Below, piece by piece: positions 50,381 to 61,200 of a DNA stretch of 64,000 nucleotides; the stretch's first letter is position 1; the number at the start of each line of letters is the position of its first letter. The stretch lies in the NCBI RefSeq assembly GCF_009914755.1, contig NC_060944.1, one strand, 5' to 3'. Both the position numbers and the translations under genes were made by a program. A model generated the notes under the pieces. It was not told the DNA's origin and did no database searches. It worked only from the letters and a program-made list of their open reading frames with translations. The stretch is from the human T2T-CHM13v2.0 reference genome, Homo sapiens.

Positions 50381-52244
50381 AGACAGATCCTCTCCAAATC
50401 AGGCTGCTGCTCTCTGTGTATCATCTCCCTCACTGGCCCACGACTCACCATCTGGCCTTGGGTTTTAGACCCTGGAGATTTTTTCTAGTCTGTCTCTCCT
50501 GCTAGGTCGTGCATGAGTCACTCAGACCCAATGCCACACAGGGCAAGCTGTACTGGGCTTGGAGCAATCTCAGATCCAGACCAGACCTTTGGAAAATGGG
50601 TGACTTTGAACCAGAGACTTACCTCACTGGAGCCAGTTTTTCCATTTGGAAAATAAAGAAATTTGACCAGATGATCTCTGACTGTGAAAACTGCAAAGCC
50701 CACCTTTTTGTTCATATTTCCAAATCCTACCTGTATGTGTTAGCCCTTCTCTCTCCATTAGTGAGGGTCTCGGCCGACCTTCTGCACTATTTCTGCATGC
50801 GTGGGGTGGGGTGAACTTGGCCTGAGCTTCTGCGACCGCATTATCTTCCAGCCAGGGGTGGATGCTCTGTGGGGATGCCTTTCCTGGAGATGGCCACAGC
50901 TGAATTCCAAGGCTCAGATCACGGGCACACAGTTTTAATTTCTCAATCATCTCACCTCAGGCATTTTTCTTTTCTTTCAAAGTTTGGCCTCTCAGAGTCC
51001 CTAGAGGTGAGGGGCCTGTGACTTTATTCTGTGCTGGCATTTGAAGAGAACATGAATTATTTTAATGATGATCCTAGGAATGTTGCTGAAACTACAAGTG
51101 AAAGCTCATGGTCAGGCATCTTCCGGGAGCAAAGTGGAAATGGCTGGGCTGCACATGCTAGGGCGGAGCAGGCCGCAGCATGTTCAAGAGACTTTCCATC
51201 AAGGGATCTGGTATTTTGCAGACATGGCTTTGTTTGTATCCAGGGGTCTTACGAAAAATACTCACCACCGACTGGGCACGAGCACCCGCCCCTCAGAACA
51301 GAGGCTGGAGCCGGCTCCAAGCCCTTGCTGGGTTGTAGAGAGCCCTGGAGGAATGGGAACCCTGGGGAGGGGTCAGGAGGCAGGGGACACTCTGGGACAG
51401 CGAGCAGCAGCTGCTTCCCGCCAGCAGGCCACACGCATGCCTACCAGGACACATCAGCCATAACTTCTGAATGGAGTATTCAAGCCCTGCCCAGACCTCC
51501 CTTGGGCCACAATTTAACAAAAAATATTCCCTAGCAGTGGCTGCATGCCACTCTGTGTTGTACCTTGTACCTGGTGGAAGGCAGGGCCTGCCTTGCCCTG
51601 GCATGGGGCCTGCAGGCTTTAGGGCAGACATCCTCTGTTGGAGTGGTGGGCAAAGCAGAGGGCACCCTGGCTGCATTAGGTGGGAAGTCCGGTGAGGCAG
51701 ATGAGGGGCTGGTGTGAATGGCAACTCATTTGAGAAATTAGAGGCAAGAGGCCTGGAGTGAATATATCGTCAGTCTGAAGGTGACCAGCGGAGAGCTAGA
51801 GCTCTAACCCGAGCGGGCCCTTGGGGAAATGCCCGTGAGAGGACAGCAGGGGGATGCCGCAGGAGGGGCAGTCTCTGAGCCCACGCTGACAGAGGCTTTT
51901 CTCAGAACAGCTGCAGCTGGGGTCTGGGCAGGAAGGAGCTCCAGAAGGTGTCCCTCAGGCTCTTCACTCTCTTCTCAGGCACCCAGGGCCCCCTGCTTTG
52001 GAAAAATCACCCCACACTCATTCACACTAGAGTTTAAATGACTTTCTGGGTAGAGAGTAAAATGCCGCAGCCCAGTGAATGAAATTCTATGTCATGATGA
52101 ATGCATCAGCAAAGACCAGCGGGGAGAAGAGTTTGATGCCAGGAAGCTTGGCCCTCAAATCACTCACAGCCCTAGGGGAGAAGCTGGCTTTGGGAAGAGG
52201 AGTTACAAACCCACTCATGACCGAGCCTCTGACCAAGAACCCTT

Positions 52245-52735
52245 CGTTGTCAGGTGTTGCTGTGTAGCAAACCTCCGCAGTCCTCAGACACACATCCAAC
52301 AACATCTGCTTTACTCACAAATATGCCATCTGGGCGGGGCTCATGCAAGCTCCTGGATCCCTCACCCAGCATGTGGGCTGGAGCAGCCGAGGCTCCTCAG
52401 GCATCTCTCTCCATCTCCCTGTGGTCTTGACACATGCACTCTCCAGCGTGGCAGCCTCAGGGTGCTGGACCTCTGACTGTCAGCTCAACACCATCACCCG
52501 CAGCCCATGCCCCGAGAGATCGGGCAGAAGTTCCATGCCCTCGACGGCCTGGCCTTGGATGTTGTGCAGCATCACTTCCACCACAGTTTGTTCATTGAAG
52601 CAGCACAAAGGTCCCCCGGGGGTATGAAGGGAGGGGACACAGTCTCTGCTTATGATGGGTGGTGGCGAGGTTCAAGAGGGGCACGTGGGGCCAGAAATAT
52701 TGCTGGGGTCAGCGTTGAGTAATACCGTCTGCCAC
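52245..52735 (-). mobile_element. MLT1 (F/H-like) LTR, diverged
   Basis: ttgctgtgtagcaaacc...ctctccagcgtggcagcctcagggtgctggac...gcagcatcacttccaccacagtt. Confidence 0.6.
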
Positions 52736-55700
52736 CGCCTTGTTCTCCATTGCCAAAACATAAAACACCTTAAACCCTCCCTGGGCTTTCCCACATGCTG
52801 GGCTGGGTCCATGCTCCTCCCTCTCCTTTCAAAAGAGTGGTATTTGTAGGTCTATATGCAAGCACATAGCCAGTCTATCATCTCTATACATCATCCCTGA
52901 TTTGACAGTCATCCCAAAATGTCATTGTTATGGTGTCCATTTTGAAGATGAGCACACTGAGCTCCCGCAAAGCCAGGTAACTTGCTGGAGGCCACACAGC
53001 TAGAGAAGACCTGACCTCCAGCTGTGCGACAGCCAAGGCTACACTGTTTGGCTCACATGCTTCCTTATTTTGTTCCGCATGAGAAAAAGGGCAGAAGGAG
53101 CCATGTGGGGTCACTCAGGAGACTGAGGGTGCACCAGAATTCTGCAATGGGGGTGACCTGGCTGTTGGGTCCAGTCCTGTAGGAGTTTCCCGTGCTCACT
53201 CCTGCCCTCAGGCTGCAAATGCGCCTTGAGTGCCCATACAGTGCCAGACCCTTCTTCAGGCTCTGGGGTCCTTCAGGAAAGGGACTAATGCACCCCGACT
53301 TCCTGGCCCTGCCCCTCTCCCTCCAGCCTTTTTGGTAGGTCCACCCAATTTAAGCTTCCTTCCTGTGCCTGGAACAATGACATGTTCTGTGCTGAGTGTA
53401 CAGCCCGAGAAGTCCCAACCATCACAGGCCAGAGTTACAGAAACTGAGGATCTGTTGGGAGGGACGTCTGTCTACCCAGAGCCAAGGCGCTCATTGTTCC
53501 CACATCTCCTAGAGCTGGGCTCTGCGCCTCTGCCCTGCCCAGGCCTGCCTGCCGCAGCCCAGGCTTACCAGCTCCCAGCCTGCAACATCCTTGCTCCTGA
53601 GCCCGCTGCTTCCTTGAGCACTGGTGTTGAGGTTTGCTAGAGCCGTTCCATGCTCTTCACATCCCCCTAGACCCCGGGTGCTGCGTGCAATGACATAGAG
53701 GAGGTTGGCTGGGACCCTCCCTCAGCACCAGATCCACAGATGGATGAGTATCCCTAGGGCTCCCTCAACTCAGCATGGCTGAGCCTGATTCCCTCCCGAC
53801 GGTCCGCACACACCATGTCCCCCTTTCCTCCACCTCCTACACTTCAGCAAACCCCATGCCTTCGTCCATCCCCAAATGTCCATTTCTTGCCACCAGCACT
53901 ATGCCCTCCTCCCCAGACCACCCCAGTCCCTTGCCTAGGCTGTGGCAGCAGACACCTGATGGTAGCCCAGTTGCCCCTTGCCCTGTGGGGTGTGGCTGCA
54001 GAGTGACCCCTTTCTCAGTGCAAATCAGATACTAAGACACCCAAAGTAAGACCTCCCCTGGCCCGCTTTACGCTGCAGTGGCCATGCTTCTGTCCTCCCT
54101 TGCATGGCCACAATCCGGTCCTCTCCCTGCCCTTTCCTTCCTTGTCTCAGGTCAGCTTTGGGATGGGGTGGGATGGGGTGGAGTATCTGCAAACTAAGTT
54201 GAGCCCCAAGCACCTGACCATACACAGAGCAAAGACTGCAGGGTTCTTTCTGGCCTCTGGGCCCCTGATGTCTCCAACTTGAGCCTTGCGAGGGCAGGTT
54301 CCAGTTTTTCCAACCTTGCCTTTCTCAAGAAGGGTTCTGCCATGATTCACAACTGCCCATTGAAGGACAAGGTTCCCAGAGGCTCTTCCACTGCCTCCTG
54401 CTTGGCTAGGGAGAAGCACGCGTGTGGAGAGAAGCATGCGTGTGGTGGTAGCCGACAACTTGTCGCCAGCAGGGACCCTGGGCTGGGAGCCCACTGGTTG
54501 GTTTTGCTCACCTTCTGCACAGCACAGCTATTGCAGGGCTGGCACAGGAGAGACCCTCAGGAGACATTTGCTGATTAAATAATTGACTCCCATGACACTC
54601 CCAACTCCTTAGGGCACACTCTCTTCTCAGCCACCACCCCCCGCCCCCGGCCAAAACCCGCTAACTTTGTTTGGATTCCACCAAAGCCACAGTCTGGGCT
54701 CTGTCCTGCCTCACTCTGTCTCCCAGCACAAGCAGCCTAGACCTCAAGCACCTTCCTAGAGCACCGACTTCTTGCAGCTTTCAGGACCTGCTTCTGGTTT
54801 CCTCCTACCCTGCACCCCATCCCCTCCTCCATCTCTCAAGCTGCCCCTTATCTTGCCAGATGAGGAGGTTCACCACAGAAATCAGCAGATGAAGAAGTAG
54901 ATACATGAGAAACTTGCCCCAAATCCAAGAAAGCAGACTTTCCTCTCGGAACTAGCCCCCTGCGCCTGGATGTTGTGCGGCAGGCCTTGTTTCTGTCGGG
55001 CAGATGGCTCCTGGGTTCCTCCCCTCCTGCCCCCCGCACGCCCCGCCCCACCCCCAGGACTGCTGTCACCAGGCATGTGTATCCACAAAAAGATGCTTGC
55101 CCAGCGCCCCTGTGTGTCCCATGCCTGAGCAAGAAGCTGCACTTCCTCGGGCCTCCCAGCTCTGGAACCTGCTGCTGGATGCCTCTTATCTGAATTGTGA
55201 CTCCTCAAGAGATAAGAGCCTTTTTCTTAACAGAAAGGCAGGAGTTTGAAGCCTTCTGTATCCTGCATCTCTGAGCTCAGGCCTCCCGAGAAGCAGGAGC
55301 CGACTTCCAGCGGAGAGCACTGCTGCTGAGACCTGCCTGGTGGTCAGCTTGGGCTGGGGAGCCAGGGCCAGGCACAGGATGGTGGGGGTGGTGGGGGCTG
55401 CAGAGGGGGAGGGTGGTAGCCTGGAGGACCTGCTGGGCTTGCAGGCCCCCACCTGTCCTGGGGAACTGAGCAGAGGTCACGACGGCAGGACAAAGCCCCT
55501 TCTGAGAGAAGGATCTGAATCCATTCCTCGCTTCCAGGTTGTTGTTATTTTTGCTGTGCTTTTGATGACACCAGCACTGCCTCTCTACGTACAGCTGATT
55601 AGCAACCCCGATGATGACATTTACGGGGTGTTCATATGTCAACTAGAGCATCTACGTGTTCCTGTGGTTTTGGAGCAAGAGTGATTTGAGTTTCAGAGAT

Positions 55701-56052
55701 TTTTACTAATTCTTCTTCCCCTACCAGAAAAAAAGATCTTACCATTTGAGAGTGAGATGTAAACCCAGCCCTGTCTGACCTGAGTCTGTGCCCTAAGCCT
55801 ATGCTAAGCCAAGCAGTGCCTGGAGCCACCACAGGTCCACACAATTCGTTAACATGATGAAGCAAGGATGGAAATTGGACAAAATAGTGTGCCTACTGAA
55901 TCTAAGAATGAAAAATGATTGCACTCCTACTCTGAGTGCTTTGGAGCACTGCCCAGTTGGGCAAAGGGTCAGCGCCTGGGCAGAGGTCCCCACAACCTGG
56001 CAGGAGTGTGGTCGGCCACCCTATGGGCCTCCATCATGTGCAGTGACAGCGG

Positions 56053-56198
56053 GGCTGTCATGTCACCGTGTGGGAGGGCTTGCAGGTGAAGTGGTCTGGG
56101 AGGGGTCCCCCAGACAAAGCCAAGGTTCTGAGAGTTGGCCCGAACACTGCTGGATTCCACTTCACCTGCAAGCCCTCCCACACGGTGACATGACAGCC
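56053..56198. repeat. Perfect 42-bp inverted repeat with 62-bp spacer
   Basis: 56053-56094 ggctgtcatgtcaccgtgtgggagggcttgcaggtgaagtgg is the exact reverse complement of 56157-56198. The same peptide LHLQALPHGDMTA appears in opposite-strand ORFs. Confidence 0.98.
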
Positions 56199-57812
56199 TA
56201 TAATACAGTTCCGCATGGCCACGTCATACAACCCTGTCATATTGGTGAGCAATTGCTGTGTAGCCAAAGACCCCAAAACTCAAACAGCATTTATTATTAT
56301 TGCCCCCATGTCTGAGAGTCAGATGTGCATTTGCTGATCTCAGCTTGTTTGAGCTGCTGCAGGGTTGGGGCTCTGCTCCAGGCAGGCTTAGCTGTCACCA
56401 CATGCACACATACATTCTGGGCCTCTGCTGCGCACGTCACGTTCACTGAAGATCTTGGGATTGGGAGTTAGGGCGGTGGGAGGGCCCAGCAAAGTCACCT
56501 GGCGATGGCAGGGACACAGGGAGGAATGTAGAATGGGGCCGATGATGGGACCCACACGTCTGCAAAGCTGCGGTCTCCTTGAGGGGTGGAGACAGCAACA
56601 ACTCACCGCACGCGGTGCTTCAGTTCACCATCTCCCTGGGACATTAGGGGTCCCCGTGTTATCTCATTTTGCTCTGGTTTGCATTAGTTTTTTATCACTT
56701 CGTAGATGAAGCCACTGACACCCAGAGAGGGAAAGTGGCCTGACCAAGGGCCACAGCAGGGGAGCGAAGGAGCCCCACAGTCCGGCAGGAACACAGCCTC
56801 TCCCTGGCTTTCAGGTTCACTGACATCTTCTCATGGCCTCTGTAACTCACCAGGCATCAGGGTGTAGTCCTTAGACCAGTGTCCCACAGCTGCCACAGAG
56901 TGGGAGCTCACCATCAGTTATAAGTCACTAGAAAGGCTTTTGGACATTATAAGCTACAATGGAAAATAAGTCATCTGTGGATTTTTGTGACAGATTCCAA
57001 AAATTTGAATATTTTGTCTACTTAGGTTTTTGGTTAATTTTATCCTCAAAACTGTTCTGCAGTGATTAAGCTGTACAAACTGCATCATGGGCGAATTGGC
57101 ATATTCAGAAATGACTGATATTCTTGATTTCAGTTTTTTACTTTGTATGTAGCTCCTCAAGGAAACATCATGTAACTTGATTCCCTGGGAAGGTCCAGTG
57201 CATGGCACGCATGGGCCAGAGGCCACTCTCCTCCATCCGTAGACCACACGTGTGGACAAGCCCCCAGCATGCCTAGAGGAGCAAGGCCAGGGCTGTGCAT
57301 GCTGAGGCGCCCGTGGCCAGTGTCAACAGGAAAAACTAACTCCGCCAGTTGTACACGTCAGCCAGGTGTGGGGTCATGCATTTCTCAACCCTCGGGGACT
57401 CCTCAGGATGGGATGGAAGATGTGTAGGTAGATTTTGAAGAAACTGCAGATGGTGTTTCAGAGAGACGGTAGAACCATCCATCTCCACTGTAGCCCAGGA
57501 ATAAAACTGTGCAGCTTGACATCCCCTCTCCCATTCAGGAATAAAAAGGAACAAACAACTGATACACACAACATTTGAATCTCAGAATCACTATGTGGAG
57601 TGAAATAAGTCAGATACAAGAACATCTGTATGATTCCAATCACATAGAATGAAAATTAACCTCTAGTGGCAAAAAGCTGGTCAATGGTGGCCTGGGCCCA
57701 GGAGTGAGAGGGGCCTGTCTGCCAAGGGGCACGGGGAACTTTAGGAGGGAGCAGAGATACACTGTGGCGGTGCTGCCAGGGCCCCTTAATAATGCACTGT
57801 GAATGTGCGCTT

Positions 57813-58263
57813 TGTGAGACAAAGTAGTAAACATAGGAAACCACGTTTGCTCATTTGTGCTTGGCAGCAGAATTTCACAAAGTGCCTGTCTCTATAACGA
57901 TGTGCAGCTCCCCAGAAAGATGCTCTGAAGACAAAACAGGATGGAGCACACACCCTCTCCGGACTCTTGCCTGAGTCACTATATTCTTTGCAGATAAATG
58001 GCCCTGGTCTTACCTTTTCCTACACGTAAGATAACATCTGACAGGGTCAGTGATTATTGCTCTGTAATTGAATCCATAACCTGATGCACTCTGACACCCA
58101 AGCTTTCATGTGACTTTGCACGTACTGGACCTCCCACCTATATGTCAACTGTGACCTGAAATACAGAACCTCAGTGGAGGCTGCTCCAGGGCTCTACGCC
58201 ACAGCCTGTAGTCCTCGGTAAGCTTCTGAAGAAGACGAACTTTAATTCTTTAAAAGCTTGACA
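57813..58263 (+). mobile_element. MER67-type ERV1 solo LTR, inserted in an old L1 3' end (57530-57810, 58264-58330)
   Basis: tgtgagacaaagtag...gtttgctcatttgtgcttggcagcagaatttcacaaag...ccagaaagatgctctgaagacaaaacaggatggagcac...ttgaca. Confidence 0.75.
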
Positions 58264-59709
58264 ATAACTTTAAATGGATATGATTTATTGCCTGTAAATT
58301 ATCCCTCAATAAAGTTGATAAGGATAAAAAGAAAAACTCTGTGATCTGGACACAGAACGAGCAGCCCTGGGTTATCTTTGCATTCTAGAAGGGGCCTAAT
58401 ATTTGTGATAGTAGCAACAGCAGTGATGGCTGGAAGCCAGATTGTGCTTACTTTGCACCAGGTGCTGAGCTGGGCACTGTATGCATCGGAGGAGGGGCAT
58501 GGTGGCATGCTAATAGACCTTTATTTACAGTAACAGGCAGTGGGGTGGGTTCGGCCATGGACAGAGGTTTGCAGACATCCCAAGTTAAGGCACTCTGGCA
58601 GGTGTGCCTGGCGGGTCTTGGGAGCTGGGCCTCCAGAGGTTTGTGCTGGCAAAAAGGCCAATGACCCCTCCTCCTGGCATTCTTGTGGGGATGGATGTGA
58701 TGGGGTGTGGCACACAGTGATCAGGCCAGGTAACGGTGACTGAGACGCAGGGAAAAGGTGTTTCATTTAAGAAGGGTCGAGGTCAGTCTCCCCTCAGACC
58801 CAGCTTCCCTTGAGCCAGCTCAGTCCAAAGAGCACGCTGCCCTTCCTTCCGCACACTGGAGCACGCAGCCCTGGACCCACATTTCTCAACAGGAGCAAAA
58901 AAAGGAAGTCGGGAAGAGAAGCACAAAGCCAGTGAGTGAGGACTGGGCTTGCAGCACCCCCAAGGGCTCCCCAGGGAGAGGGTGGTTAGAACATCTGTGA
59001 GATTGCAGTCTAGGGTGACTCAGTGGAGCAACTGTCAAAGGTGCTAAGCTGGGATTTCTCAAGGCCCATCTTCCCCAGAGCTCCTCCCAGCCACAGACCC
59101 ACAAAGGGCCTCCCTCATGGGTCTCAGTTACACCAGCTTCTCCCCACAGCACCAACAATCCTGTCAGCTTCTTCCCAGGCAGCAGCAGGCCTCACATCCC
59201 CACCAAAAGGGACACCATTGTGATAGCCTGGGCTGCAGAGATGCACGCCCTGCAGGGACAGCTGTAGGTCTTGGCACAGATACAGTGGCCTGGGCTAATC
59301 TCGAGCTGGGCCTTTGCCTCCTGGGTTACTGATGAGAAGCTCTGAGGCTGAGGCCAGTGGATGCCCCCCAGACCTCTCCACTCTCCCCAAGCACCCAAGG
59401 CCAGTTCTATGACTGTCCTGGTGAGTGCCAGATGCAGGGAAAGCGGCCCCCTGTGTGGGGCAGGTGGCTTCTGCATTTCTGATTAGGGGGCCAGGAAGGA
59501 GGCATTCAGGAGAAAACACCAAGTCAGAAAAAAGGTTCCCAGGACTGGGGACAAAAGACTCAGAAGGAGGGGAAAGAGGAAGAAAGCTGTAGGGGAAGGG
59601 AAGGGAGGGGGATGAGAAAAACGCTGGGGAACACCACTGAAGTTACTTCAAGCTAGCAACACTGGACGCTCAGGTCTTCTGTTGCATGGGTTACCGGGTT
59701 ACATGCCAA

Positions 59710-60060
59710 GGGCTCAGTGGCTGCCTGTGGCTGGTGGCTCCTGTACGGGACAATGAAGATACAGAACTCGTCCATCATCACAAAAAGTACTACTGGACGG
59801 CACTGGCAAAGCCTAACCACATGTAAACTTTACTCAGGACATGAGGGGTTCCTGGCCTTCCGCCCCCACCCCCGGGAGCCTGGGGCCTTGGGTTTAGGCT
59901 GTCACTCAAACCCAGGGTCTCCCCACCTCGCCACTGTGGGCATTTGTGGCCAACCACTGCCTGTGATAGGGACTGTCCTGGGCACTGTAGGGTGTTGAGC
60001 AATAACCAAAACCTATCAGATGTCACCCAGTGTCACCCTGTTGACAGCCACTGCTCTAAA
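59710..60060. mobile_element. MER3-like (59710-59805) and MER20-like (59910-60060) hAT fragments
   Basis: tccatcatcacaaaaagtactactggacggcactg; gggactgtcctgggcactgtagggtgttgagca...gttgacagccactgctcta. Confidence 0.6.
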
Positions 60061-60249
60061 TGGAAACAATGTGGCTTTGGGGTGAAAGGGGACCTGGGGG
60101 AAGTCTGGATCTGTCTCCAGAGCTTGGAGCTCCCGTGGGCCTGGCAGACGCTGGGGGTCCAGGGTCACAGGCTGAACCTGAGATGTTCCAACAGGAGGGG
60201 CCTGCCTGAGGGCCTGGGCTCAGAAATGAGGGGGCAGGAGTACATGCAG

Positions 60250-61200
60250 AGGGGACCCCTGCCTAGGGAGCTCAGGTCCTGCCTTGCAGGGACCTGAGGG
60301 GCCAGGCTGGAGGGAAGAAAAACTAGAGACCAGAAGATTCTAGAACACCAGATACAGCTATAGCAGAAGGCAAGGGGACTTAGAGTGATTTGGGCACTAG
60401 GATCAGGGCTGATGCGGGAGGGCAGGCAGGAGTGCTGGGGGGTTGCCTTGGTGGGGTTCGGGGAGGGGACTGAGCTGGGGTCAGGGACAATCAAGAATTC
60501 CTGGAGGGCAGCAAAGTAAAGAGGTTAAGCTGAGAGGCAAGGAGGCATCAAAGGAAGCGAAGAGGTGGGGACCAAGGGGACCCCAAGGAGTCAGGACTGA
60601 GGGGGCTGCCTGAGTGGGAGAAGAAAGGAGTCTGGGCCACAGGATTCTGAGGAATCTCACTCCTGAGTTGGGACCAGTGGGAGCCATGAGCCTGGGAAGA
60701 AAAGGGGCCCTGATGCAGGGCCAGGCCTGGGCTGGAGATCAGAGCCAGCAGGCCTCACGGAGCAGGATGTGAGCAGGGGGCACAAAACGCAGGGAAACCC
60801 AGGGGCTGTGGGCCACTAAGGGCTGGGGACAGCACATCAGGGCCCTTGGCCTGGCCGAAGCACAGCCAGGAGGTTTAACTCCAGGTGGAGTGGGCAGAGG
60901 TTGGTACTCGGGTCACATGGGCATGGAAGTTAGTACATGGACCCGGAGATGCCTGGACTGGGGCCTGGGCACTGGAAGTTAGAATGGGGGACTTTGGTAA
61001 TGGGGATTGGCCAGGGAGGAGCTGGCATCGAGGGGCCACAGGAGACAGAAACTAGGCAAGGCAGCTTGACCTCGGCCCGCTGGGAATCAGGGGTCTAGGA
61101 AAAGGAGGAGTTTGGCGTGAAGGTGAGAGGCACGGGTTCCAGGGCACATAGCCCTTGTCAAGGGTGGGCCCATGGCTGTGGAAGGGAGTGCTGTGGATTA
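60250..61200 (-). mobile_element. L2 LINE fossil, antisense, highly diverged
   Basis: Purine-rich L2-like phrases (aaagaggttaagctgagagg, ggccacaggattctgaggaatctc). Confidence 0.4.

Noticed and set aside
54160-54178. Canonical G4 motifs (also 21131-21152, 47496-47514)
   Set aside because: Common in GC-rich human DNA, with no positional evidence of function.
54411-54446. 18-bp near-perfect tandem duplication gagaagca(c/t)gcgtgtgg
   Set aside because: Ordinary micro-duplication.
55277-55865. Cluster of ORFs with plausible-looking composition (possible pseudogene)
   Set aside because: No recognisable protein family, poly(A) tail or TSD. A BLASTX hit would be needed.
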